DNA of 52,996 nucleotides, counting the filler, from Sphacelaria rigidula (lineage: Eukaryota), in assembly GCA_964200075.2 (NCBI GenBank). It is 2 parts of 2 records of this genome, joined end to end, with 100 filler letters (N's around TTAATTAATTAA, not from the genome) between each part and the next. Parts side by side here need not be neighbours in the genome. Positions count along the whole stretch, not along the records: positions 1 to 26,464 come from CAXNAA020000137.1; positions 26,565 to 52,996 come from CAXNAA020000138.1. One strand, written 5' to 3'. A program made the position numbers and the translations under genes. The number at the start of each line of letters is the position of its first letter. Position 1 is the first letter of the stretch. Under the pieces are notes generated by a model that ran no database searches, was not told the DNA's origin, and saw nothing but the letters and a program-made list of their open reading frames with translations. Below, in pieces: positions 24,265 to 35,361 of the stretch.

Positions 24265-24485
24265 CCTGTAATGCGTGAGAGGACCGCGTGCTTAAAGGAC
24301 CGCATCTGAACGTGAACATCCTTATGGTAAGTGTTAGTGTTCGTGTTCGTGTTAGTGTTGGGGTTAGGGTCAGGGGCGTGGTTCTTGCAGGGACTGGCCC
24401 GATTGGTTTCGAAAAACGTCGATCCTGAGGTGTTTTGGACTACGGCGCGGTCCTCTAAGCACGCGGTCCTCTAACGCATTACAGG
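24265..24485 (+). mobile_element. MITE with ~39-bp TIRs and internal degenerate telomere-like (GGGTTA)n tract
   Basis: cctgtaatgcgtgagaggaccgcgtgctta...taagcacgcggtcctctaacgcattacagg; internal gttagtgttcgtgttcgtgttagtgttggggttagggtcagg. Confidence 0.85.
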
Positions 24486-24856
24486 CCCCACGGTGAACGG
24501 TTGCATCACCTCTTGTCTTGAAATTTGTACTTTTTCCACTTTCTTTTTTTGACTGGTGCAATCTGCACTTATCACGCTTGCTAATCCTACAACAGCATCT
24601 GTACCCCGAACCGCAGCACGTGCATTTGATAAAGACGTCGATGACGGAGCACTTCTGTTGCCCGACCATGGGTATCCGGAGAGTATCACAGGCTTCGTGC
24701 TGTATTCCCAGACACGTGTTCTGTATGTGGCATGTGGCTTTACCTTGCAATACCGCGTTGCGCCTGTGCCCCAACTGGTACTCCGTCTAACCCGGTTGGA
24801 GCGAAGTTAAGGTTTAGAATTCCCGTGGATATGATTCGTCTATGAGAAATATCGGC

Positions 24857-25010
24857 GATGTAATGCGTGAGAGGACCGCGCCGTAGTTCAAATATCTCAG
24901 GATCGCCGTTTTCCAAAACCCAACTCTAACCCTATCCCTCACCCTAACCATAGGGGTGTTCAAATTCCGATGCGGTTCTTTAAGCACGCGGTCCTCTCAC
25001 GCATTACAGG
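24857..25010 (-). mobile_element. Second, shorter copy of the same MITE, inverted
   Basis: tgtaatgcgtgagaggaccgcg...cgcggtcctctcacgcattacagg; internal ctaaccctatccctcaccctaacc. Confidence 0.85.
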
Positions 25011-26464
25011 CGTTTCGTCGTCAAAAGTGCAAAGGTCTGATCCGCTTTTACGTCGCATGTTTTTTCAACACTCCCCACCCAAATGTCAATATCTCGATAC
25101 ACACAGCAGCTGCAGGGACAAACCAAGTTACTCTGTGTGGCTAAGACACATACTTACCAGCTTTTCACGTTGTGACTGCGCAGATCCTTGCTGGAGATGA
25201 AAATATCGAGCTTAAGCGAATGTCATATAGTACACATATATGCACTATCCCCAGAGTTGATTGATCCACGCCTTGTGCTGTGACCACAAGCTGGTTGTAT
25301 CTACCTGTAGAGTTTTGGCTTGCTGACATTCACTCGTGCAGTACCGGTAATCCTTCATCACGTGTAGGACGGGTTTAGTCGAGGATTACTTTCGCTTGTA
25401 CGAATAATAACATTTGCCTGAGCTGCGTTGGAAGGGGTATTCATCGTTGGTTTGTGTGCGGTACTGGGTGGAATTGAGCTCCCCTTCGGTGAGGACATAG
25501 GTTCAGGTACATACTACCGCTGTCCATCACGATCATTGTCATTTTTTACTTTGTTCACTTCTTTGACTCCGGCACGTCTTGTTTTTGTGCTGATGGAGAA
25601 CATGATGGCACTAAATCGCGCGCAGCATTGGATCCCTTCGACCGGGAAGTCTAAGTGGTGAACGAGACTCTAGCAGCGGAGGTCACGAGTTCGGATACCC
25701 ACATAATTTCTTGTGTGCATGATCTGGTTTCGTTGTCAACCCCTTTGGAATCCTCCCCTCCTGTCCTCGGGCCAAACGCCTTATCATGAGAAGCCCAGAA
25801 AAAGAAGAAAACATGGGAGCAGATGTCCTTCCTGGAGAGGTCGGGTGAGGTTTATCCAATCATACCACACAACGGATGAAGTGTGTCCAATAGTATCCAT
25901 CGTCAATAATTAGCAAAAACATTATGAAACATTCCATTGAGAAAACAGCAATGGGTTCCAGGGTCTGGTACGGCACATCGATAAATACAGGCTGGTTCAC
26001 GCTTACCACCCAACATTGTGTCACCGGCAAGTGCCTTTCGCAATACCTACCCGATAGTCGCATACATGATATCATACTGACCGCCATGAACAGCTAAATA
26101 AAGAGCGTGACAAAGCCGGATTTGAGTGTAAGGCCATAGTGATGGCGCGATGGGCACAAAGGTATATCGACCAATCAGCGCCCGTCAAATTGTTCCGAGA
26201 TCGAGATTACGAATTCAAGCCCAATTTCCACCCAATCTCCACATGTTTCAAGTCTTAGTAACAGTAATCGGCTCGGGAATCTAAGGAAAAAAACATATTT
26301 TAAAACGGTTACCGCAGGGTCAAACTATACCCGAAACCGTGATGTTTCGGTGATGTTGGGTGTTGTCGTCTAATATCCACCAATGATACGCACGAAAGAC
26401 CCAGGGAGCCTCGTGACAGTGTCCCCTATATCTGTTGTAGAAAAGCTCAGATCGCCCTCAAACT

Positions 26465-26564
26465 NNNNNNNNNNNNNNNNNNNNNNNNNNNNNNNNNNNN
26501 NNNNNNNNTTAATTAATTAANNNNNNNNNNNNNNNNNNNNNNNNNNNNNNNNNNNNNNNNNNNN
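26465..26564. other. Artificial scaffold-joining spacer (44 N + TTAATTAATTAA + 44 N)
   Basis: Exactly 100 bp and symmetric; the 12-mer gives stop codons in all six frames. Confidence 0.97.
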
Positions 26565-26627
26565 ATAAAGGGCTCCTAACAATTCTAACCTCAGAAAATA
26601 TTTGTGCACCCCTACCGTAGCATCACT

Positions 26628-26860
26628 CGACGGCTAGGTTGGCTGGAACTGTTGCGTGCAGCTATGGCAACGCACAAGAAAGTGGGTGATGCCGATGCAG
26701 GTGAAGAGGTGAAGTTTAAGTTTACTGAGCTCATACCTGCAGGATCGCTGAAAGCCCCAGAGTACGGACGGCGTTTTAGCGAAAATGCGTCCTGACGTTT
26801 TTATCAGAAATACGAGCAATCTTGTGACCTTGTTCTGAGTCCAGGAGGGAGGGCTCTATA
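26628..26860 (+). mobile_element. Gypsy fragment: gag 5' part fused to LTR 3' tip
   Basis: 26628-26814 matches 35778-35964; 26815-26860 matches the LTR end 35600-35641. Confidence 0.85.
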
Positions 26861-27335
26861 GGCTTCAGAATTTGAAGTCCGTTGACGTTCAGCGGTTTGG
26901 AGTCAGGAGACTTGTTCGAGGCATGGGTTTGAGAATTGGGCGTCAACTATCGCTCCGTGACTCGGTACGATGCAAGTAGCGTGATTGCGTGTTCATGATG
27001 GACGTTTTGGATCTCTTGCTAGTTGTTCGGAAATTGGACAAGCTTGTCTGGCTGTTATCGTATCCTGCGGTAGGGATTGCCATTCTATGTGAAAAATGAC
27101 GGTAGACTTCGGCAACAAGATGTGTGAGTTTATCAAGATCTAAGTTGACTACTTGTTGGTAGTAAGCGAGCTTTGGGGATGCTCTAGACTTCGGGCAACA
27201 TTCTTACCTTGATTCGTTACATGACTGCAGTGGAAAAAATGCATTGCAGGCGTTTATAGTCTGGTTGATGGATAACGGGTCTGAGAGTATGATCGGTGGA
27301 CTTCGTGATGTATGGTGTTTGCATACGAGCTGCGA

Positions 27336-27464
27336 GATCACTTCTGGTTAAAGAAGACTGCTGTTTGTGAGACTGCTTGAGTCTTGAAGTCTCTGGAGCC
27401 CGTGACAGGGAGGAAGTCTCTGGAGCAGCGCTGTAACCTTGTTCTGATTCCAGGCAGGTTCACA
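27336..27464 (+). mobile_element. LTR 3' portion (R/U5) of a Gypsy family; 5' boundary unresolved
   Basis: Matches reverse complement of 31480-31607; ends caggcaggttcaCA. Confidence 0.75.
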
Positions 27465-27813
27465 TACCTCGTGTCGCTCAAAAACCGACGCACTTGAGCC
27501 AAATTCTTGCTCACCATGCAGTAAGTACGTTTCATACATATTACAATATATATGCGGCGGATTTTAGATGTGATAGGTGTGATCTTCCTTATGCCTTGAA
27601 GTAAATATTGCTTTCACGGAGTGGATTCAGGAACGAAATGTGACAGCTGATCGTGCAAGCAGCTGTAAGATGAGACAAATTGATGCTTGCTTTATACACC
27701 ACATCACTGTTGACGCTGAGATGAAATGATTCTCTACCCCGCTTTGCTATGTTCTTCGATGCCATAGCTGCTGTACGCCCGATTTCTGCTGTGTAATGCA
27801 GCTGAAAGGATTG

Positions 27814-28249
27814 TGTGACGCTGACTGGTCAGTAGTCTAGTTGGTTGTCTCTTAAACCGTCACAAAAGTTAGTCGCTAGTTCGATTTGCGTCGGACGCAC
27901 TTTCTTTGAAGAAAAAAGATGAGAGAAAACCTCTGATAAAAAATTGGCCCCAACGAGAGAAACCTCCGTAACAAATTGGCCCAAAAGAAAAAAGGGTGGG
28001 GTATAGCCTGGTGGCTATATTTGGAGTTGGCTGCTAAGGATCCCAGTACACACACTCTGGGAACGAGTGGGGGAGACGAGAAACTCTCGGGTACGGTGAG
28101 AGTGACACATTAGAGGTCCTGATGGCAGTCAATAGAGCGCTGGCAAGGGGAGTCGCCCTCCTCGGAGTGAAAGTGACGGGGACTGGACCCCCACGACTAA
28201 CTTTTGTGACGGTTTGAGAGACAACTAACTAGACTACTGACCAGTCACA
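27814..28249 (-). mobile_element. tRNA-derived TIR element (TGT...ACA), copy with shortened outer arms
   Basis: ~55-bp inverted repeats tgactggtcagtagtctagtt.gttgtctct.aaaccgtcacaaaagttagtcg at both ends; body matches 47167-47631 in the opposite orientation. Confidence 0.85.
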
Positions 28250-28721
28250 AGCGACGCTACGCTGCCTCACACGTTAATCTTGCGGTTTACTGCTGTATTC
28301 GCCACATGAGGTCGAACTACTGTGCCTATTTCACATCCCCCGTTTACTCATGCCAGCTGGGCTTGGTGTTGTTCACCCCGCGCCTGCGCAATGATGCCCC
28401 TGCAGCTTCACAACGCTGCCGTGTGATGGGTAAATATGATCTTAAAAAGGATGGCTATTAGATTAACGACATGCGTTGTTGTTGTATGTTGTATCTTTCA
28501 ACCCCCGAAAGCACATGACGACCTGTCTGTGGCGAATAACTTGCTTTTACTTGGGATGTCAACTGCAGGCGGGTTGAATCAGGTGTTACCACTCACGCAG
28601 CTACTACTGTAGGCTATGATTTCGCCGTGTGATGAGACAACGCCATGCTTTCTTTATAGCCGTGACAGGTCAGATCTTTCGCATACAGCAATAAAAAAGT
28701 CGGAGCGATTACTCTTTACAC

Positions 28722-28889
28722 TGTAGACCTAGCCACCATTGTTACTTAAGGTCAGGAACTTTGTAGGTGGAGTTGCGGGTCTGATTGCCGGACTCTGTGA
28801 TGGTGACCTCCATGACGAGTAGAGCCGGTTTTGCTTCTCTGGTGGAGGGAGGCTATGGTCCTGTTCTCCTGTAGTGACAGAAGTCTACA
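28722..28889 (+). mobile_element. Solo LTR with internal deletion
   Basis: TGtagac...gtctaCA with perfect 4-bp TSD acac (28718-28721, 28890-28893); homologous to 52656-52914. Confidence 0.9.
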
Positions 28890-28978
28890 ACACCCAGTGA
28901 TGTGGATGAAACAAACAATACTGCTCTATACACCGCGGAGAGGGGGGCTGTACGCCGCCCTATCGTTGTGAGTATTAT

Positions 28979-29081
28979 CCCTTTTGACCACGAGGGTAGC
29001 TCACCTGCTGGATTGGCATCAATATCCACTTGGAAAAAAGTATGCATAACGCAGATGGACTACCCGCACCGCGGTCTAGGG
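28979..29081. mobile_element. Micro-MITE copy, inverted relative to 10034-10137
   Basis: cccttttgacc...ggcatcaatat.cacttg.aaaaaagtatgcat...atggactacc.gcaccgcggtctaggg. Confidence 0.75.
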
Positions 29082-31293
29082 TTCAAGACGCTGTACTGTG
29101 TTGCTCTGTCTGTACTACTGCTTGCAACCGCCGTACTCGGTGTGCACACAAAATTGTGTTGCTGCATTCACGTCTTGACTGAGTGGTGACCTTGGTGTGA
29201 ATGTGCAAACAAGAGCTCTCCCAACAACTGTCGTATTTTGCTCCGACAACCGGTCGCTTGACAGAGTCGAATCTCCTGCTTCATAATTCGCTCTGCACAC
29301 AAATTCGGGACAATTATTCCGCACTTGGAAAAAACAAAATATTAATAATAAGCGCGTGGGTGACTGATGGGAAAGTGAAAAGTCCCAGTGTGACTTGCGG
29401 GAAGTATCGTAGACGACACTTCAGATCTAATGTTGGAATCGGCTGGATATTTTATAGATGTAACGCACAACAAAATAATAGGCATATCGCACCACTGTCT
29501 AGGCTGTTTCTGATAAAGCAATCCTGGTCTTCTTCGCAATTCATAATGCTGTAACCACACGCTCGGGGTGCGCCCCTGGACGGACCAACGTGAGACTTGT
29601 TCACAACTGACGCTGCTGTTGCTATACGGTATGATTTTGCAGTTTGATACAGCTGATATGGAACCACGCTATCCTGCTCCACACATGCTCAAACGCGACG
29701 AGACCCACTGGATTAAAAAGATCGCTTGTGTCTCCGCACATTTGGTTGCCATGTTACCCTTCGGTTTTACCACTGCTTCCGTTGTATTCATTGTGATGCT
29801 GTTTCAGGGTGGCTGTACAAAATGACCGTACTGATTGTATACGGCCTGCACTATCTCATCCTTAAAACCCCACCTGTGTACTCAGTCTAAAAGTTCATAG
29901 GTAATAGCTCATGAGTAATGTGCTTTAACTGTGGAGACAAACCGTAGCGAATCACCATCGAACATCGAACGTCAGACTATGCTCGCAGAAGATGCCCAGA
30001 TCATCTCTGCCATCTACTTTTAATTCGAGTACATATACTGTAAGGACGCATGTATTGTAGTAGTGATCGTGCTGCATGAGTTAAACTTTTGGCCGCAGTA
30101 TTTGACCAGGTAGACGTGAGTTAACGAACTGCTCTCGCATGCAAAAGAGATGAAAAGGGACTCCCGAAATGTCACATGCTAAAATTAATGATGGATAAAG
30201 CATGTCGTTGGAAACGGAGGCCACCAACCAACCGTATCTCATACATGACCGTGTATACAGCTGAGAGAGAATGAAATTGTTACGCTGCCGTCCGTTGATG
30301 CGCGAAAAATGTTTGTGTAACCGTAATCTCATACTGTCTGCAAACATGCTACCAGGCACGGTACTGTGTAAGCCGATTTGCCGTGAACGGAAATTGCGAG
30401 GCTTGAATGAACGAAACATGAGGTATTTACCCTACCCCCTGGTCAGGGGAGCCAGATCATTAATGTTCGGAATGTTTTATTGTCCTGCAAAATGGATGTA
30501 ACCTCAAGGTGGTTCCCCCTGTTTGATCGTCTGCGCCCTTGGTGGATATCTCCGAAGGGTATAAACGAGCCACGCATGCGTTATACAAATTGGGAGTCAT
30601 GTGAAGTCGTTTCGAGCTTGGGATCAAACCCAAACATGTACTTTTAGATTACATTTCGACTTTGAACACGTGGGTGGTTGTTTCCAGGTGCACTGCTGAA
30701 CATACTATTATTTGATTAAATATTATCCGCAGCGGTGGATCACAAGACTGCATGAAGCCTGCAACACTTACTCGTCAACAACTATTGCTGATGCCCGCCT
30801 ACCAATTACTCTGTAGCTACTCGTGAGGGTGATAATCAACCCAGATCCACAATGATTGAGCGGATATGAGTGAAGCTGCATGCTAGTGTGTTTGCATGAG
30901 GCCACCAGACGGATGCTCCGTCAGTTCCCATGGACCGTCTATGCTTGTGCACGCTCTGAAAAACATGCCTGCGTGCGCTACTACCCTCCCTGGGGCAGGG
31001 CTACATTCTTCTGGTCTTGACAGTCGATGGATTCCGCACATTCCTTTGCCGAGATCTACACCGGAAATAATCTGACGAAAGTTGTTGGCTTGTAATGAAC
31101 GACTCGTGTGTTTATCGTGGAGACTATGCAAGTTGCTAACATACAAGCCGGAATATCGAATGAATGAACGAGAAAGTTGTATAAACCATATATATATATA
31201 TATATATTCTTGCACCATGCAGCGAACAAGCAGGATTTGATTGCATACGGGAAAATGAGTGAGGACGAAGGTTCAAGATGTCAAGACCGTGCT

Positions 31294-31479
31294 TGTTCGA
31301 ACAGGTTGACAGGGGGCCAAGATTTTCCCATGAGTGTTCGAACAAGTTGACAGGGACCCAGGATTTTCCATGCTGTCCGAACAGGTTGACAGGGAGCCAG
31401 GAATTTCCATGCTGTCCGAACAGGTTGACAGGGAGCCAGGAGTTTCCCATGTGTGTTCGTACAGGTTGACATGGAGCCA
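31294..31479 (-). repeat. Five 39-41-bp tandem units abutting an LTR end
   Basis: aca(g/a)gttgac starts at 31301, 31342, 31381, 31420 and 31461. Confidence 0.95.
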
Positions 31480-31745
31480 TGTCAACCTGCCTAGAATCAG
31501 AACAAGGTTACAGTGCTGCTCCACAGGCTTCACCCCTGTCACGGGGTCCAGAAACTTCAAGACTCAAGCAGTCATACAAACGGCAGTCTTTCGTTAACCA
31601 GAAGTGACCCTTATTTGCTCCCCGAACAAATACAATATGCTACGCATTTAATAATCATCCTCCAAACCATTGTCACACGATCCAATCTGATATCCATATG
31701 TTACCCTACTCCCCATGCTAGAGGTGCTACTGTACTTTCTCTTCA
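31480..31745 (-). mobile_element. 3' LTR of minus-strand Gypsy element
   Basis: Starts TGaagag after purine-rich gagtggaaggtagcgtgggagtgc and ends ggttgaCA; homologous to 50751-50976. Confidence 0.8.
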
Positions 31746-31929
31746 GCACTCCCACGCTACCTTCCACTCAAAGGCAGAAAACAAGCTTGATCATCAGTAC
31801 TCACCGAAAATAAAATCTGGGATGTCAACGAAGAATAATCATGCAAGCGATAACCAAGCGGTATACTCGACGAACACCAATCGCATGATACAATCCATCC
31901 ACGAAGCACCCAGACAACCAGTTGCAGCT

Positions 31930-34900
31930 TGACACCATATTTGGCCTTCAGACACTCCCGTTTCTGCTTATTCAGTCTCAACTTCCGCAGTTCAGACCGT
32001 ACAAACTGCGGCGCTCCTCCCCAAATAACATCCAACGGCTCCCATTAACACTCGTCCTCGTCAAAACCTACCCATTCCACACGTACATCGTAGCCATCTC
32101 CTTCGTGAGCCTCAGATATCCCGGCGATGGCCCCCATCTCAAAGTCTCCGTGAGCATAGGCATGCTGGAACACCTCCTTCAGATCCGCGGTGACCTCCAG
32201 TTCGTTGTCCGCATAGTACCGAAGACGGGCGACATGCGCATCCTTTACCTCGCCATTCACGATATTCTGAATCTCGTAGACATGTTTTTCCTCCACTGCC
32301 ACGATTCTCCAAGGCCCTGTCAACGTAACGTACTTACGAGTTTCGGCGTTGTTCCTGAGCGCCTAACCCGCGCAGCCAACACATGATCACCCACCATGAA
32401 ATTTGGCAACTGTCTCACACTAGCAACACGTCGTTGCATTTCACGAGTCTTCTCAATACGCTGCGCCACCTCCTTGTGCAGCTCTTGCTGCGCCTCCACG
32501 ACTGATTCCATCTTCTCCCGCAGCATATCCTCATCCAGCACACCAAGTCGCCATTCGCCGCCGGTCGACGATGGCAGGGATGAAAAACTTGTTCGCGGCG
32601 CCCGTCAAACATCACATGGTATGGCGCACTGGTGTAGCGCTCGCAGAATAACGTGTTCAATACCCACTGTAAGGCAGCCATCAGTCCCACCCAGTCACGA
32701 ATGTCGCGCCTCTCTTCTTGCAGTATGGGCTTCAAAGTACGGACAACCTCTCGTATCATCCTTTCACACGTACCATTTGACGATGTCGAGTTTGGAACCG
32801 CGAACCTCCTGTCCAGCTTCAGTGCCTTCTCCAGTGCTCGCATCACACGGTTCTTGAAATGCGACGCGGTTCCACTAACCCAGACCTCCGGTGGACCGAA
32901 CGCCTTGCACCACGCCACCAGATGCTGCACCGTCGCTGCAGCTGTACAAGACTCGGTGAGCTCAAAGCACGCGAAATTGCACAGATCATCCTCCAGGCCG
33001 CTCTCGCCCACCGGATCACGTTGGACAACGTACAGATAATCAAAATGCATCACGTCACGGGGCCGTGTGCCGTGCAGTGTCTCCCCTAGTGGCCGCGGGA
33101 CCGTCTCACCCGCTTTCGAGTCCACATAATGCAAGCATTTCCTCACACAATCTGTCACATGAGCTTCCATCCGAAACCAACAGCAGTACTCTTACAGCCG
33201 GTGCAGTGTCGCCACAACACCCCGATGGCCCGCCTCCTTCATGTGAGCACACACCATCATCCAGCGTGTTTGCAGCTCTTTTGCTTGCGGCGGGATCCAC
33301 AACATATTCCACCCTGCTGCATGCACGCAAAATAAACCCTCCCTGTCTTTCGCAACTCGCCCAACAGCTGCTGCAAAAGTTGGGGCTCCAGCAACCATCA
33401 CTCCGAACCCGGCTCGAGCCTGCTCTTGGGCCTCACGAATAGCGTTCTTCGACGGCAGCGTTTCATCAGGCTGATCGCTTGCAAACACGGCCGCAGCACG
33501 CACAGACACCGCCGGGACGTTAACCCACCTTGACAAGAAGTTTTCCAAGCAGTTGCGCTCATCAGCAATATGCCTGATGAAGTAATCCCACTGCCCGAGC
33601 ACAGCCTGCTATTGCTCGAGCCTCTGGGCAGCAGTCTTAGACACGGATGCAACGCACGCCTCGGGATTAAAAACGTATGCTAGGTTACGATGATCGGTGA
33701 TGATATGTACCCCACCCCATTGAAGATACTACCCAACCTACGGAAAGTACTCACGATTACATTTGTCGCTTTCACCGTATCCTAGAGTTACTCGTCTCCC
33801 CCATTCATTCCAAGAGTGTGCACTGGGGTCCTTGGCGGTACACTCCAAATAAACCCCACCCTTTTTTTTTTTGGGCCAATTTTTTACAAAGGTTTTCTCT
33901 CCCTGGGGCCAATTTTTTATCAGAGGTTTTCTCTCCTCTTTTTCTTCAAAGAAAGAGCGTCCGACGGGAATCGAACCAACTAGACTACTGACCAGTCAGC
34001 GCTGACTGGTCAGTAGTCTAGTTGGTTATCGCTTGAAACACCACATGCATCAGCCGCCAACAGCATCTGGTAGTAACCCTGCAGCATATCAATCGTGCCA
34101 AAACACGCAGCGCCTAGCAGGTCGATCATCTCCGCCTCGTTGCTATGCATAACATTCGGACCCTTCTCAATCTGCTTTTTTACCGCGCGATAGTTACTCA
34201 CCAGTCGATAATTGCCCTTCTTCGGCCTCGCCATGGCCGTACTCGTCCACACTGCCTGTAAGCTGCGAAATACTAGCCCAAGCGCCACCAGTGTCGCCAT
34301 ACACCCTGCTAACCACGCGGCCTTTACAGGGCAATAATACACCTGCGGGCTCGCCTTGACTGCTCTAGCCCCAGGTTTGAATTTCACCCTCAATGGCTCT
34401 CTCTCTACACGAGCAGGCGAATAATAGCGCAATGCTCACCGAAAAGCGGTGACACGTCGCCCAGTGACCTCCCGACGCTTATCAACGCCGCTCGTCGATA
34501 TCCCCTTGTCCGCAGCCGCCTGTACTACATGATCCGATGAAACACGAACCTCTGCCAGCTCCTCCTCTTGAGTCATGTTCATCTCGGCACAACGCGACAT
34601 CAATCGCTCAACGGAGGGATCCACAGGCTCCTCTTGCCCACCTGGATCTTGTAACGCCTCAATCGCAATGCTCATGCGCCTACATTCTCGGAATTCAGGC
34701 GCATCTACACCTCTCACCAACGCGTGTCTTCAGCGTGCGCATGCGTCCAGCCACTGTACACGTCAATGCCCATGGCCTCCAGCGTACCGCTCTCGATGAT
34801 CACCACATCATCAGCACCTGGCATGACCGCATAATGACACGGATCCAGCACCACCGGCCCCCAGCTGGTGTGCAGAGCGGTGCGCACTAGGCACGTCTTT

Positions 34901-35200
34901 GACTACATACTCCGTACATCACTATCAGCTAGTTTCACCGGGTGTGCACGAGCCATGCTCGTGACAACTGGCACATCAGGGAACACTGCTTACAACTGGG
35001 CCGCCACTTTTTCAGACATGATAGTGATGCCAGCCCCCAAATCCAAAACGGCGGTAACAGCGCAAAGGTTTTTGGCTGCGGAACCAGGAACGGACAAGTC
35101 TGTCCGGCAGCATCGCTGCTTGCGGTCAACTACCACACCCTCAGCCTGTAAATCTGCCACCTCCGTGGTGTGCAGACCCCGCCATACCGGCATTGTCTGA
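31930..35200 (-). pseudogene. pol: Decayed Ty3/Gypsy pol (protease-RT-RNase H-integrase-chromodomain)
   Basis: AVLDLGAG (protease); YRLVSNYRAV and FGTIDMLQGYYQ (RT); TDHRNL and DYFIRHIADERN (RNase H/linker); H-x4-GH zinc-binding region, HFDYLY, SNGTCERM, GPW (integrase); VRVEWVGF...WEP (chromodomain). Many stops and frameshifts; RT core lost at the insertion 33762-34045. Confidence 0.93.
33762..34045 (+). mobile_element. Truncated copy of the tRNA-derived TIR element inside pol
   Basis: Body is the reverse complement of 27880-28105; contains the perfect 54-bp palindrome 33974-34027; ends aaacaccACA. Confidence 0.85.
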
Positions 35201-35361
35201 TACGTTCACTCCTGTGCCGGTCCCGCCGGCAGTTGGGTTTAAGCTGTAGGAGCCGGAGCGGAAGGCCGGGGTGGCACCATGCTATCCGCACTACTAGCAC
35301 CCCCTTGCATTCCATCCCCTGAGAAAACAGCCCGTGTGGGAGCAGGACCTTTACTTCCCCC

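Noticed and set aside
21954-24319. Long antisense ORFs (404 aa and 477 aa)
   Set aside because: Shadows of the GC-rich repetitive sense CDS with no independent protein signature
26509-26520. TTAATTAATTAA palindrome
   Set aside because: Centred in symmetric N runs; an assembly linker, not biology
27821-27900. Functional tRNA gene
   Set aside because: A/B boxes are present but I cannot fold a convincing acceptor and anticodon stem, and it is embedded in a repeated element; treated as tRNA-derived
31294-31479. CRISPR-like appearance of the 39-41-bp array (also 8273-8727)
   Set aside because: Inter-repeat segments are themselves near-identical rather than unique spacers, there are no cas genes, and the context is eukaryotic
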